Shown here piece by piece: positions 1-13,087 of a stretch of 64,000 nt of DNA. The notes beneath the pieces are model-generated. The model searched no databases, was not told the origin of the DNA, and was given only the letters and a program-made list of their open reading frames with translations. Origin of the DNA: Massalongia carnosa (Eukaryota). Both the position numbers and the translations under genes were made by a program. The stretch spans positions 1,116,001 to 1,180,000 of the forward strand of contig OZ287075.1 in assembly GCA_965645245.1 (NCBI GenBank), in the 5' to 3' direction. Position 1 is the first letter of the stretch. Every line of letters starts with the position of its first letter.

Positions 1-3000
1 TACAATGTTTAAGCACGTATCCCCAGATTCTTGCGCTTGAGCTTTGGCAGTCTGCTCCGCACGAGTAGCTTTGAGGACTGCTATCTCAGCTTGCTCGAGT
101 TTGCTAAAGTACTCGTCTGCTCGACGCTTGTAAAGGTTAAGGCTTGAAGTAAGATCAGCCTCCGTTTTTCTCTTGGCATTCATGAGCTCGTCCAGCTGAT
201 CTTCAAGGGTTTCTTGATCCTCTAATGCACCAGCAAGCTTTTCGCTTAGCTCAGCTTCGCGATGCTGGAGCTGTTTGAAGGCTTCCTCTTTAATAAGGAC
301 CAGGGAATGTTCACTTTCTCGCAGCTTCTCAGCCAATTCATCCTCACGGCGTTGAGATTGCTTGAGAATCCCTGCTTTCTCAAGAGCGAAGGAACGTTCG
401 CTATCAGCCAGCTTTTTGCTAAGCTCCGCTTCCCGCTGCTGAAGTCGCTGAGAGGCCTCCTTTTTCTCGATGGCGAAGGAACGTTCGCTTTCACCAATTT
501 GTTGGGTCAATTCCGCTTCTCGTCGTTGGAATCGCTGAAAGGTCTCCTCTTCATCAAGCGCTCGTGAACGTTGGCTTTCGGAAAATTGGCGAAGTTGCTG
601 GATCTCCGTATCTCTTTGCCCCAACATGTCCTCCAACTTTTTTTTCCCCAAGCTTTCATGATGCAACTTTAGCTCGAGCCTTTGTATTATATCGTCTCGT
701 TTCTTGATTTCCCCGATCGTTCTAGACGCCTCAGCAAGCTTCTCACTCAACTCACTTTCGCGATGCTGGAGCCGCTTGAAAATCTCTTCTTTATCAAGGG
801 CCAAAGAACGTTCATTTTCAAGGGTCTTTTGGATACGTTGAACTTCTGTATGTGCTCGCCTTCGTTCGTCTTCTAGTTTTTGCCTCTCAGTATTATCCTT
901 CTGCATTTTGGTCTCAAGCTTCTGTATCCGCTCGTCTCGTTTTTTAACTTCCCCTGCACTAGTTGTGGCCCCAAGTAGCGGTTTCATGCGAACAAATAGT
1001 CTCCACCATGGATTATTGCAAAGATCAACGTAGACTTGAAGATTGTGCCATATGATACGGGTAGCTTCTGCTCGATAGAGGCGCTTGTTTACGATCCTTC
1101 TTTGGGTGAAACCGCGTGCGACCGACTGAAATCTAGACATGATGTCACGTATCAAGGAATCACGTCGCTCTTCCAACTCTGCAAGCACGCCGGCCCTGAA
1201 GAATACCTTGGTGAGTCCAACGCGATAAAGTGCCTTGTCTAACTCGAGCCTCTCCAACATTATTTGAGCCGCCGTTTTGCCGTCAAGATAGCCCTTGGGC
1301 ATATTATGACACAAAACTTCATAGCGCTGACGGAACTCAGAAAATGGAAGTCTGTTCGGGAATCCTGTCCTTGCAATTCGTATTCCTTCTAGGACTCCGT
1401 TGCAACGAAGTTGGTCAAGTACAAGTGGAGCGCTGAATTGCTTGGGCCTTTTCTTATGGTTCGGAAGAATACAGCGTACGAAATGAGGATGAGTTGAATG
1501 AAGTTGGTTCATCAAGCTTGCAAGCTGCTCCTTGTGCCGTTGCGCAACAGTTCGGAAAAGGCCTTTCTTAACACGACTCCTTACTGCACCATTATCATCC
1601 TCCAGATCGTTGCAATCAGCAAAAAGCCCTGCAACATGTTTGTCCTTTGATGATGCAAGCAATCGCGTCACGTTATCATTTAGAGGATCCTTGTTCTTTT
1701 CCAACCATCCACTTGTAGAGTACTCGACTTCGGCGGCATAGTGAATTAAGACGAACCCTTGCGCCAAACGCGATGCCTTGTACTTTGGAGTCTTGCGATC
1801 CCACAAAGAGTGCATCTTATCCGTGAAAGATTTGTCGGTCGCTTTGGGCATGACCGAGTCCTCATCTAAACAGGAGAAGATTCCGATCGGGTTGGGAAGC
1901 TCAATCAAGTCGATCGTCGGCTGAAGATCTTTTCCGAAGTCAATGAATTTCCATTCAATTTGTTCCCGTGCATACTCTTCTTGTTCGAGCACAAACATAT
2001 GGTGGTTGAAAAACTGCTGAAGTTTCTCATTTGTATAGTTGATGCACAGCTGCTCAAAACTGTTCTCCTCAAATATCTCGAAGCCAGCAATATCCAGCAC
2101 TCCGATGAAGTGCGAATCATCAAGGCCCATTCCTGTTCTATCCAACTGGTGATTTATTCGAGTAACCAGATCTCCAAAGGCGCGTTCATAGATGCCTTTG
2201 GACAATGCATCCAGAGAAGAGCGCACTTGCTCAGGGGTCTGAACCTTTTCCACCCATTCACGGCCGGCTTTTACCTTTGGATGAAGCAAACCCTGAATGA
2301 ATTGGTCTAGCGGTATCCCAAGCAAGCGACAAAATTTTTCCGCGTGAGTATAAGCCTCCTTCGTAAGACTAGCCTGATCCGCTCTCAAGCTTTCCTTCAT
2401 GATAGTGACATTTCCAAGGAGCAAAACCGCAGCTACAGTGCGAATAACCGACTTTTGCTCCTCATTAGAGAATCCCATCACTTGGAAAGCTTCGATCAAA
2501 TATCTCCATTCGTCAGTATCCGACACTCCAGCAATAATGTGGTTCCCATCCCTTGTATATGTAAAATCTTCCACACCAAGCCCACCCACAAGGAATTCTT
2601 CCTTCATTCGACGATCAGCGCCTTTGAGGAATTGATAAAAAACATGGTAGTTCCTTTCGCTAGAGTTTAGCTTTACAACTCTTGATTTCTCCATCAAGTA
2701 CCAATCGATGAATGCTCCTGCAATTTGTCCTGATCTCGTAAACTCAATGCGTATGAATTTACCAAAACGTGACGAATTATTATTGCGTACAGTTTGAGCA
2801 TTACCAAATGCCTCGAGGATCGGATTGGCTCTAAGGATCTGTTGTGAGAGATTCGAAAATTGACGCGCCCCAGATCGTAAGCCTGTTGAGTTGGACGTTG
2901 CAACAGCAGCAAGATATTGGATGACTTTTTTCGTATTTTCTGTCTTTCCAGCCCCTGATTCTCCTCTATAATAGGAGCTTAGCCAAGCAGCTTTCTCATG

Positions 3001-3905
3001 ACAATACTTGCACTTACGTAACTAGGATGCTCTGATTCTCTCCCTCCTCAACCAGATTGCGGAATGCGCAGTCAGCCATTGCGTATATGTGTGGTTTCGT
3101 ATCTTCTCTACTCCGGCCCTTGTACATCTTCATGTACTCATTAGTATAAATCGGTAATGGACAGTATGGGTTGACGGTGACAAGGAAGAGACCAGAATAA
3201 GTCTACAAACAATCAGCTTTCCAGACCCCTTCACCGCGAACAAGAACACGTACGTAAATTAGGTCGGCTTGATACCTCATATGTAAATTATGGACCACGG
3301 AAGGTTCATTAAGGTGCGTGAGCTCAGCCATATCGTCCGCCTTATCGAATTTCGCCGGATTTACTTTGTCCACGCTTTCTGCTTCCACCTCTCGTTGCTA
3401 AAAGAATGATTAGTTTGGTTTGAGAGAATCTGCTTAGAGTGTGGAATATTACGCTGCCATCGTCGCATTCGACTAGTAGTCGCCCATTGCTAAATTCTTG
3501 CACAACCCATCCTTTCGTAAATGCCGACTGCGGATCTCGTAGCCAGACATATCTCTTGCCTGAGAAGTCATTTTCCCCCTCAATCTCACCAACTCTATCG
3601 CTGTCTTCTTGTAGCTCCGCCGCTTTGATGAAAGATGGTGCGAAAGTGTTGGACGCCTGGTTGTTGCTTCTGTTCGAGCTGGACCTTGGTCGGGTACTCT
3701 GGACAGGAACGAGGTTTGATCCACTTAATGGCGAGAACGACTGGTTACGACTGTGACCGCCGAAAGTTGCGGCCCCGGTAGGAGAATTAAATATAAGGGA
3801 TTTCGGTCGAGAATTAGTTATTAATGGGCTGGGAGATGGAGACAACGGGTCTCGAGTGAATGGACTGCTGCGCTGCCTTGGACCACTGGAAGCCGAAGTC
3901 GACAT
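1..3905 (-). CDS. MYO1: Myosin type II heavy chain (5' part; the coiled-coil tail runs off the window start). Exons ~3905-3453, 3397-3254, 3202-3018, 2965-<1
   Basis: The spliced translation gives KFDKADDMAELTHLNEPSVVHNL, P-loop GESGAGKTENTKKVIQY and switch I EAFGNAQTVRNNNSSRFGKF. GT-AG introns with CTAAT/CTGAT/CTAAG branch points. Long open frame with heptad-rich tail. Confidence 0.95.
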
Positions 3906-4615
3906 TCTTCCAGCAAAAGCTTGAGTCTAAGCCTAGATGAATTCGATATCTGACTTGAGCTAAGAAACAGTAATGCGCTAATAGTACAGCATAATGTAGA
4001 AAAATAAGCTGATACCATGAATGCTGATGGAAAGTGCTTCGAATGTCATCGGCGTCAACATCAATCTGTGCTATCCAACAGAAACTACAGTAAATCGTTT
4101 GTTTACATTTCTTCGCTCAGGGCAACTAGCGAAATAATTATGTCTGCGACCTTATAATACACGTGCCACGCTATTACGGGCTGCGCTTGCTTCATTTGGG
4201 TAAGAGTCGATGACTTGATGTTTACGGTCTAGCGTAAGCCCGAATTTTCCTTCGTGATTTCAACTTCTTCGTGCCATCTTCAATCATCTTTCATTGCGAA
4301 GACCTCATGCAATCTTCTGATGATACCCGAACCCCATGCGGCTTTCTTGTTTCTTTTTTTCGGCTAAAAATCAGTTTTGCCATACTGGCGAAGGCAAACC
4401 GTTGAGGTTTAATGAACTGTGTCTATTGCTGCTGTTAATCTTAATCTCCTGTCGGAACTCGTAGACTTACTCCCCCTTGGCCTGAGTTGAGTGTCATATT
4501 GTTGTTGGATTCTCCTTTTGCTGCTGCTGCTTTGCCGGCTAATAGATAGGGACGGTCGACAGCTTAGACAACTCCACAAGGGCTATCTTCATGAATACAT
4601 TGAACAGTCTACGCT

Positions 4616-7600
4616 ATGTCACAATATCCTCCGCCGCCTCCCTTTCGAGGACCGCTCCAATCAAATACTTCGCTCGTCTCTCCACTGGGTAACTTGCATC
4701 ATGTTATGCCTCAATTCCCGTACCATCCTTTTCGAGATCAAAACAATCAAAGCATGCCCTCGACCCCATATTCGAATCAATACTCCTATAACGCTGCAAG
4801 CCAAAATATAAATGGGTCTGTATCTGTTACTGGTGCGTTACACGCTCCATACATTGGATTTGGGCAGGCAATCAATGGATCGTTCCCACCCCCACCCCAA
4901 GGGGCATTCCCGCGACCACCGTCATTAGCGCATCATCATGAATCAAGTTTTGGCTCTATGCAACCTCACAATAGCCTGCCGTTAAAGCCTCCGCCTGTTA
5001 CGGCAATGATGGGCAACCCAAGCTCAGAGAAGTCTCAGACAGTCACAACAGCTATCTCTGAACTAGAGGATGGTGAGCTTAGCGACGGTGAACATAAGAA
5101 ATATCCAATACTTTCAGTTTCAAATACTGCAAAAACCTCGCAAAACCCTTCAAAAAGTGATATGGGAGATTCTTTAAATGATGGCAAAATTAATGTGGAA
5201 AAGAGAGGAGGGGCCTCTGATATTGTAGAAGCTGATAGGGAAGTCGGTATGTGATCCTTTGCATATTGTGATTCGAAATACAGAGGGCAAGTTTATTAAA
5301 CTGATTACGCCCAGACAACAACCGCAAAACTCACTTAAGTCTTTCACCCGAGAAGTTTAGTCTACAACATTCACCCAACTTACAATCAGCTCAAGAACAA
5401 TCTCTTAATCAAGTTAAGAATAACTTGATTCGCGACTACTCAGGACAACGTTTTGGGAATAACAATGGTTCGTTCAATTTCTTGTCTTTAAGTATGCTTC
5501 TAATAACATGCATTAGGTCTAAAGTTTCGAAGCCAAGATATGCTGAGTAAATCATTCTCTAGCTCTGAATCAGTGGCTAGGCCTACCTCGACTCACCAAG
5601 GAGATCTGGATGTATCTAATGTCGCCTCGTCGCCTCTGCCGCGATTCACAACGTCGCAAAAAAAGCGCACCGAAGCAAAAGAAGCACTGGCTGAGATGTA
5701 CTCCTGGGGTATTGGATATGCGCAAATTGTGGCCGAAGGCATTAGCGCCAGTATTCTGCAAGACCTATACGGCGAGCTTGGTATATCAGTTCCTTCACCA
5801 TCTCCGGTGAACCAAGTTTCTAAGCGCATAAAAGAAAACGCGACAGATAACACGATATCGAGTATAGAACAGTCGCGCCTCGCAGGAAACATACCTCGAG
5901 ATAACGATCTATCTAATGTGATTGACAGTTTGAATAATTCTTGGCAAGTAGGACAACCCCCAGACATGCCAAAACTTTCTCCGGGTTCTTCCTCGAAGTT
6001 TGAGAGTCTTCGAGATCAAACCCTTACTTTTAAGCATACCACAGGCGAATCTGAAAACGATATAGTTGAGAGGAACGCTACCAATATTGAATTTGATATT
6101 TTCAAACCCCCAAATTCGAATCCCGTATCAAAGCCAGTTCAACCCACAAGACTATCCAAACCGTCGTCCGGCAATCTGGTGAACAAACCGACAACCCTCA
6201 AACCTGGCGATAAGGCTCTCGAGCGTAAAGAGTATATTGCTCGTATGCTCGCGGCTAAGGCCAGCAAGCCTATATCTATAACAAACCCTACGCCTTTGTC
6301 GAAAGCTACCTCAAACCCTTTAATGGAAACCACTACACAAACCCCGTCTGTTGGGAGCAATGAGCCAATTAGTAGCAGCGATGCTCGCCGCCTGTTTATA
6401 GGAAATCTTTCTACTAAAGCTACTGAAGGCGATTTGAAAAATCTGTTCTCTACATATTCAATGTAAGTTTCTAGTGACCCCTTGTTTAAAAACTCGTATT
6501 CTTTGTAACCGCATTTTCTGAAATGGATTCTAGCAAGAAAGTGTCGATTCCTATAAATCCACATACTGGAAAATCGTTCGGGTATGGGTTTGTAGAATTG
6601 AGTACCACATCTGAAGCCCAGCGTGCTATTACGGAGCTCTCTGGCGAGAAGATTCTTGGCTCTAAAATATCCATCGAAGTCGGAGGCAAGTCTAAGAATA
6701 CTACCATAAGCGTCGAAGTTTCTACCAGCCTTGAGAATCAGTGTTCAGCTGAGAATGTGCCATATAACACGCCACCAATTGATAGAGATGCTGAGGCGAA
6801 TAAGAAGGCTCAGACCGAGTTAGCCCGTCAAAAGATCGAGGCATTGAAGAATAGTGGACGTATCTCACAGTTTAGCCAGCAGATTAATCCAGATTACATG
6901 GCAGCATCTCAAGACACGGAAATATTGGATGGAGTCCCTAATCTCAGGACACCGCGAGAACCGTGCTCGGCAACACCTCGATCTCCATCAATCTCTCATA
7001 GCAACCCACAGAGCTCTTTCTTCACATCTGCTAGTCGTAAGCCTTTAGTTGCTATTCCTGGGCTGTTCATGGGCTCCACAGCTCCAGAACATTCGGCGAT
7101 TGGGGATCAAGCTACAGCCCACACCCCGCCAGTGAAGTCCCATGCCAATTCTCAACTTGCCCAAGGCGCCGAACCTCAAGTCTTTGAGCCAGAAAGCCTC
7201 GTGACTAGTCTCGAAAGGACTCCCACTTTACAATCTCCCTTGATGACTGTTGAAGCAATACCCACTTTATTTGCGAAGCCTATATATGGCACACAAGCTA
7301 CCACTAGTACTATAGTAGCTAAAGGGTCTAGGAAACGACAGAAAGCAGCAGATTTCATCGATTCACCATCTGTCAGGGCTCGAAGACCGCTAGGCCAGGA
7401 CGGAGATACCAGTGTAGTAATAGAAGTTAGTGAAGATGAGTCAAGCGGACATACGGAGGAGGAGCCTATCGACGCTGAGGAGGATATAGCAATGGATATT
7501 GATGACGATCATGGCCAGAATACGCTGTCGAAGGAGATGCCCAGCAGCGAAACCGGGATCGAAAAGCACAAAGCTATAAGAGATCTCCTTCCCTTAAGCA

Positions 7601-9871
7601 ACTTTCCAGCGAGGAAAAAGGCATCCTCCAACATTGCTAGAATGACATCTCCGGCAACGCTAACCCCTAATAAGAGTAGAGAGCCCGAAGATCTGAAGAT
7701 CAAGGAAAAAGCAATCGAGCTGATGAACAGAAAAATCGCTGAGTTAGAGCAACGCATTAAAGCAAAGCAAACCGCCAGCCGCGCTCAGACACCTGGAACA
7801 CCCGGAATTCCAAAAGCCTCCACAATGTTACCTGGCACATCAGCAAAAGGCTCGCAGAAGCCCAGGTCTACAGTGAGTGACACAGAATCGAATGAGATTA
7901 CCAACAGTTATGCAGAAGTCCAAAACTCGGAAGAAGTGGACAAGACAGCTGATATTGAGGAAAAATCCAAGACCGATCAGCTCACTGAGGCAATCGGAAT
8001 TTCCGAAGCTGCTGAGATTGCCAAGGCCGCTGAGGCAGCGAAAGCTGTAGAGAACGAACGGCTGCTTGCCGAAAAACACCTAAAAGCTAGAGAACTAGCG
8101 AAGGCCGAGGACGAACGAGTTCGGGCTCAGAAAGCTGCAGAAGCGCAACTGGAGGAACAGCGCCGGTTGCGCCGTATTGAAATCGAGGCTGGTTTGCCCA
8201 TCTTGGATGCCGAAGTTGAACGGACTAAACGAAATCTCCAAGCGCTTAGGAACCGGATGGAAGAGCTTGAGAGCGAAGTGCAAAAAGGTGTTGAGGGGAG
8301 ACAGATTCTCTTGGAGGAGCTTATGGAACTATCGCCTGACTCGAAACCTTCGACAATAAACCAGGAACAAATGTATAGAAACGGCAACGCTCATCAAGTA
8401 CCAATGCAAACGGACAAAACACCAGGTAAGTAATTCTATAGATATACAATCCAAGACCTTCCCTATGATGAGAAAGATTCATGGCCAAAAAAATATTTTC
8501 ATGGCTCACCCTTCGAATATGATCCTATAGGATTGTTTCCACCTGAAAATACCGTTGATCTCGCCGAAGCACAGCAAAGCTTGAAGGTCGGGTTGATCGT
8601 AAACCAAAAGTCCCAATGTCAATCCCTCAAACCTTTCCATATGGAATATTCTCCTCAAAGTACTAAAGACCAAATCGCCCTCGATGAGCAAAAAATGAGT
8701 ATAGACACGTTAATTGATGAGTTTAATAATGACAAGGTTGCTGACAGCAGTCCCAAATCACAAATGGATTTTCCAGCCGATCTGGAAAAAGATTATGAAC
8801 CGCCTACAATCCGAAATGATATCCCAGCTCTCGCAGTAGTCGCCAGTGTTCAACAACATACGCATGAATTGCAGAATGCAAACACCACCGACTTGCAATC
8901 AACTCTCGATACAACTTGCACCAACGCTGATAAACACGGCAAACTCTTAGAGTCTGAGGCAGCGAGCATTTCCTCTCACCCTGTTCGTGCACTAGATGAA
9001 CAACAGGCATCTATTCGTAGTCTGCAACCTGCTGACTCTAGTGATTCTGATGATTATGAGCCACCTGAGCCAGGTTTCCCTGTAGAGAATAAAGTACTGT
9101 CATTTATCAATTCACCTGCTAATTTAAAATCACAAGCCACGAGTTCTGTCGCTGATAAAAGCGCCATCGTTCAGCCTATTCTTGCAGATTCAATTTCAAT
9201 TATAAAAAATCCAACAAGTACAGAGAATGTGGCACCATTTAACGCCGACATACATATAGTGAGTCTGTTTTCCTGACAACTATGCTTTTCTAATTGGTGT
9301 TAGGACCAAGCAACTACTCAAGGCTTCGACATGGCGAAATTTAAACCATACGAGAGCCCTTTGAGACATTTCAAATCATACCGTTATCATCCAGCATATC
9401 TTTCTGAGATCCCTCGTGGTTTCCGATCTTTGACTTACAGTCATGGTATTAATCCAGGGAAGCCTCTTTGTCGTTTTGAGACGGCAGGTGGTGTGTGCAA
9501 TGATGACTCCTGCGATGGTCAGCATTTCAGGGATATGGGTTTGAGTGGTGCGTTACAAGACCAAGATGATCTATCAAAACTCTTAATCTCAATACTGTCC
9601 CTTTTAGCAGTTGCACCTATGTCTTACACTCCTGGTGTCCGCGAGCTGACGCAGGATCTCTAACTCTGTAGATGATATGGTGCTTGTCCAAATGGGAGCC
9701 ATTCCGGAAGGTCTGACTTCCGAAGAAGGAGATGCGTATGCAAATGGCTTGAGGCGGATTATTCAAGAAATCCGTGGCAGAAAAGTGAGAGATTTCAATG
9801 CCGTAGCTACAGAAATTACCGCCTACCGTGCAAAATTCCTCGGCGACAAACCAAAGGTTCTGCCCTTGTAG
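4616..9871 (+). CDS. Red1/ZFC3H1-like zf-C3H1 protein with internal RRM and coiled coil. Approximate exons 4616-5246, 5315-5467, 5517-6462, 6534-8425, 8532-9258, 9305-9547, 9672-9871
   Basis: C-terminal YESPLRHFKSYRYHP...SLTYSH...LCRFETAGGVCNDDSCDGQH matches the zf-C3H1 domain. RNP2 LFIGNL and RNP1 FGYGFVEL are joined across intron 6463-6533. Consecutive ORFs are linked by canonical introns. Confidence 0.8.
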
Positions 9872-10762
9872 AGCATCTCTTCAACAACAAAGCAGAGCCT
9901 CCTTCTCTGACCTTACATGACAGTAATCTTGTGCGCTTCCTCTGGATCTTCTGGAAGCTATTCATCGCTGTAATAAGGATGATCTCCAACGAATTACCGC
10001 TCGAAACTTTTTATCTTTTTGCAGTCGAAAATAGCATTGTATTCGGCCTGCGCGTGTACTTTCCGTCTTCTCCCTCCTTAGTACCCTTCCTTGCTCTTTG
10101 CATCATTTCATTAGCTCTGGTCCGTTACTTGTATAACAGAAGCATGGTACGGAAAACCGGCATAGGCTTCCATACCAAGATTTAATATCCAAGGGCGGCT
10201 TTGGCTAGCCTCAGACAAACGAAATCGGTCATAATAATTTTACGCGAGGAGGCTTGAAGGCCCACCACGGGAGGGAACGGCGCCTCCTGTGAAAGAGATT
10301 GTTTTTCTGTCTTCTCTAGGGGCAAAGGGAGGGTATTTAGTGAGGATGGATGATGTGGAAGACGGTCTTTCGGCTTTTAGTTTACTTCAGTTAAAACTTT
10401 TTGAAATAAATAAAAACAGGATCTATAGATAATCTATCTACGATTGTACCATCAGTGTGATCTGCCTCTCAATGTTCTTACAACGAAGGTTGGAGAAAGC
10501 CCGATTTGGGATAGAAACAAGGCTGAACACTAATCGAGTTAAACGAAATCATGCCAAGCAAGGGTTTCCTCTTTTCATGGACGCAAGCACAACCTCAGGG
10601 CAGATGAGAACGAGTTCCTCGAGTGGTATTGGAGAAGAAAGCATGCGTAATGTAGCTGGTGAAAGGAAGCTTGGGGGAGACAAATAATACACCATATCAA
10701 AGAGAAAACCGCCCCCTCGCCAAAGACATTACGCAAAATAGCCGCCTGTGCAGGAAGGAGAA

Positions 10763-12372
10763 TCATTCACACATCTCCACGTCCCCATCCTCAGTAACGA
10801 CAACAGCCTCCGCTCCCGCCAACGCCCCGCCCCCCGCACCGTTCGCGTGGGCTGCAGCACCGTTGCCTTCAACTTCCAGCCCCGCTTCGCGCCAATACTC
10901 CTCCATCTCTCGATCCAGCTCCTCCTGCCTCTTCCGCACCCGTCCATTCACGATGATCGCTTTCTCCCTCCCTCCCTCCCTATCGCGATCCCTGCCTCCA
11001 CGCCTTCCCCTCGCAGCGGGTGCAAAGCTGCTTGAACGGCTCCTTCGTCGCGGACCGTTCCTTGAAATGGCTGGGGAAGGAACATAGCGATCCACGCCCT
11101 CAGGAGCGGGCTTACTTGTATCGGTCCTTCTCGGCGCACCAGGACTACGGCTTCTACTCCTTCCCACCGCCGATGCTTGTCCTCTGCTCCTGCGGTCCGG
11201 GTTCTCAATCCGATCAAAGAGGCTGCGGCCCGGCTTAACGGCTGTGTCGAAGGGGTTCCGAGCGCGTGCGATAGCTCCTCGGCCGCGGATGACATGGTGA
11301 GTTTCATCGCGTGCCGCCGAGGGGGCGCTAGGGGTGAGGGTTAGGCGGATGGGCTGACCATTTGCGTTCGCGCCATCAAATTCGCGGATGGCAGCACGGG
11401 CGTCGTGGAGCGAGGCATAGGTTACGAACGCGGTCCCGGAGGAGCGGCCGGCGCGGTCGAAACGCAAGGAAAGAGTCGTCACAGGGCCGATGCGATTGAA
11501 TAGGCCCTGGGAGGAGAAATTGTTTAGCTATTTTGTTTTTCGAAATGGGGGATAGCATACTTCAAGATCATCTTCGGTCAGATCGTAATGAAGGTTATCG
11601 ACTCGTAGTTTTGCACCGGCGGCGATTCTAATAAGGCTTCAGATATTTCGCTTCAAGGCAAAGCTGTGATGCTTACGGGTCTATCTCGGGGGAATATTGG
11701 TCTATGCGGATGTTTCGTGGGCCACGCGAAGGTCGACGAGCTTCTTGAATAGTCAATTTCTGGGTTGAAGAGAAAGGAAATCAGGCATCACCTACTTTGG
11801 GTGTCGTCTTCATACTTGTCGTGGATCCAATCGCTTAGAAAAGTTTTGTCAGTTCTGTGCTAGTAAAGTTTGCACACAGCGGAATCGGACGCACATATCG
11901 ATATTTGCAGTGTTGGCTCGGCCATTCAACTATGTAACCACAAGAGGGAAAGAGGACTAGGTCAGCGTATTTATCATTACGGGTGGTGTGTGAAGCAGCA
12001 GCGTAAATCTCGAAAGTCGCATCTCGTTGGCGATTTAAGGCATGATCGAGGATGTGACCTGCAGGCGACACAGGAGGAGAGATGAGGTGAAAGAACCTAT
12101 CGCCAGGTTCGCTATCAGTTCTTTCTTGCTTGGATTCCAGAATGGACAGTATAGGTTCAATGGTGCCCATGAAGATTCTCCAACTGTACCTTTCTTGAAT
12201 CGTCATGTGGCCAATTACTTTGACGGCGAATTTTAGGACCCCGATTGTTCCTCCTCTGTGCAAAAGCCAAATATATCAGCGGCTTGTTTTTTTAAAGCAT
12301 AAGGGTGAGGTAGCTGCCAAAGCCTTTACGTACCTGTCGTTCGGATATCACATCATCCAATGCTCTGTCCAT
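10763..12372 (-). CDS. Yra1/ALYREF-like RRM mRNA export adaptor. Exons ~12372-12334, 12255-12190, 11929-11895, 11833-11796, ~11740-11677, ~11627-11561, ~11506-10763
   Basis: N-terminal box MDRALDDVISER, DWIHDKYEDD, RRM AKLRVDNLHYDLTEDDLEGLFNRIGPV...FDRAGRSSGTAFVTY, RG-rich region and C-terminal box QEELDREMEEYW. Confidence 0.85.
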
Positions 12373-13087
12373 CGTACAACTCTTAGAAGCAGGGCTCAGT
12401 AAAACCCTTTGGAATAAATGAAGAGTTAGAAATGATAGATTATATCTGAAGAATGGGTCGATGTTGATATAAATGCCTAGATTGTTGGTAGAAAGGGAAC
12501 ATACATGTGTCAATGATACATCTATGTACCAAATGTTTCAGCCTCGTAATAAAATCACGTTACCTTCTATTAGTCAGCAAATCCTTGTCAAGGGCAAGAC
12601 GAGGGCTAAGTACATAATTACGAGAGGAAGGCAGATCATGTACAGAGTATACTTGTTTTATGTGTATTAATACGACTATGTTAACTAGTCATTCCAGACT
12701 TCTTTAGCTTAAGCTTGCAGCTCTATGCCGCCAAGACTCTTGTATGGGATATGGGATAGAGAGAACGCCCCCGTTTATAACCGAGTTGAGTGGCAAATCT
12801 AATACAAGAGGATGTGATAAAGGTTTGCCGTGTTGGTCAATGCATCGAAGGCAGCCCCACGGCTATGCAGAAAAGGATGTAATGCCAAAATGGGCAACAC
12901 TGATGAAAGGCATATTGTCAAAGAAAGGAAACCGGCGCTCAAACGGGATACAGAAAAACAAATGGAAAGCATACAAAAGTGGCCCATCCACCCAGGAATT
13001 TCCCCGAGAACTGCTGCGCAGAAACCACCTGCCCACACTATGAACTTGGGAAGAAGAACCAGCCAAACCTGATGTTGACGTGGAGGG

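Noticed and set aside
246..2912. Many short ORFs in the track
   Set aside because: They are antisense or off-frame shadows of the myosin exon, which is missing from the track because it has no stop inside the window.
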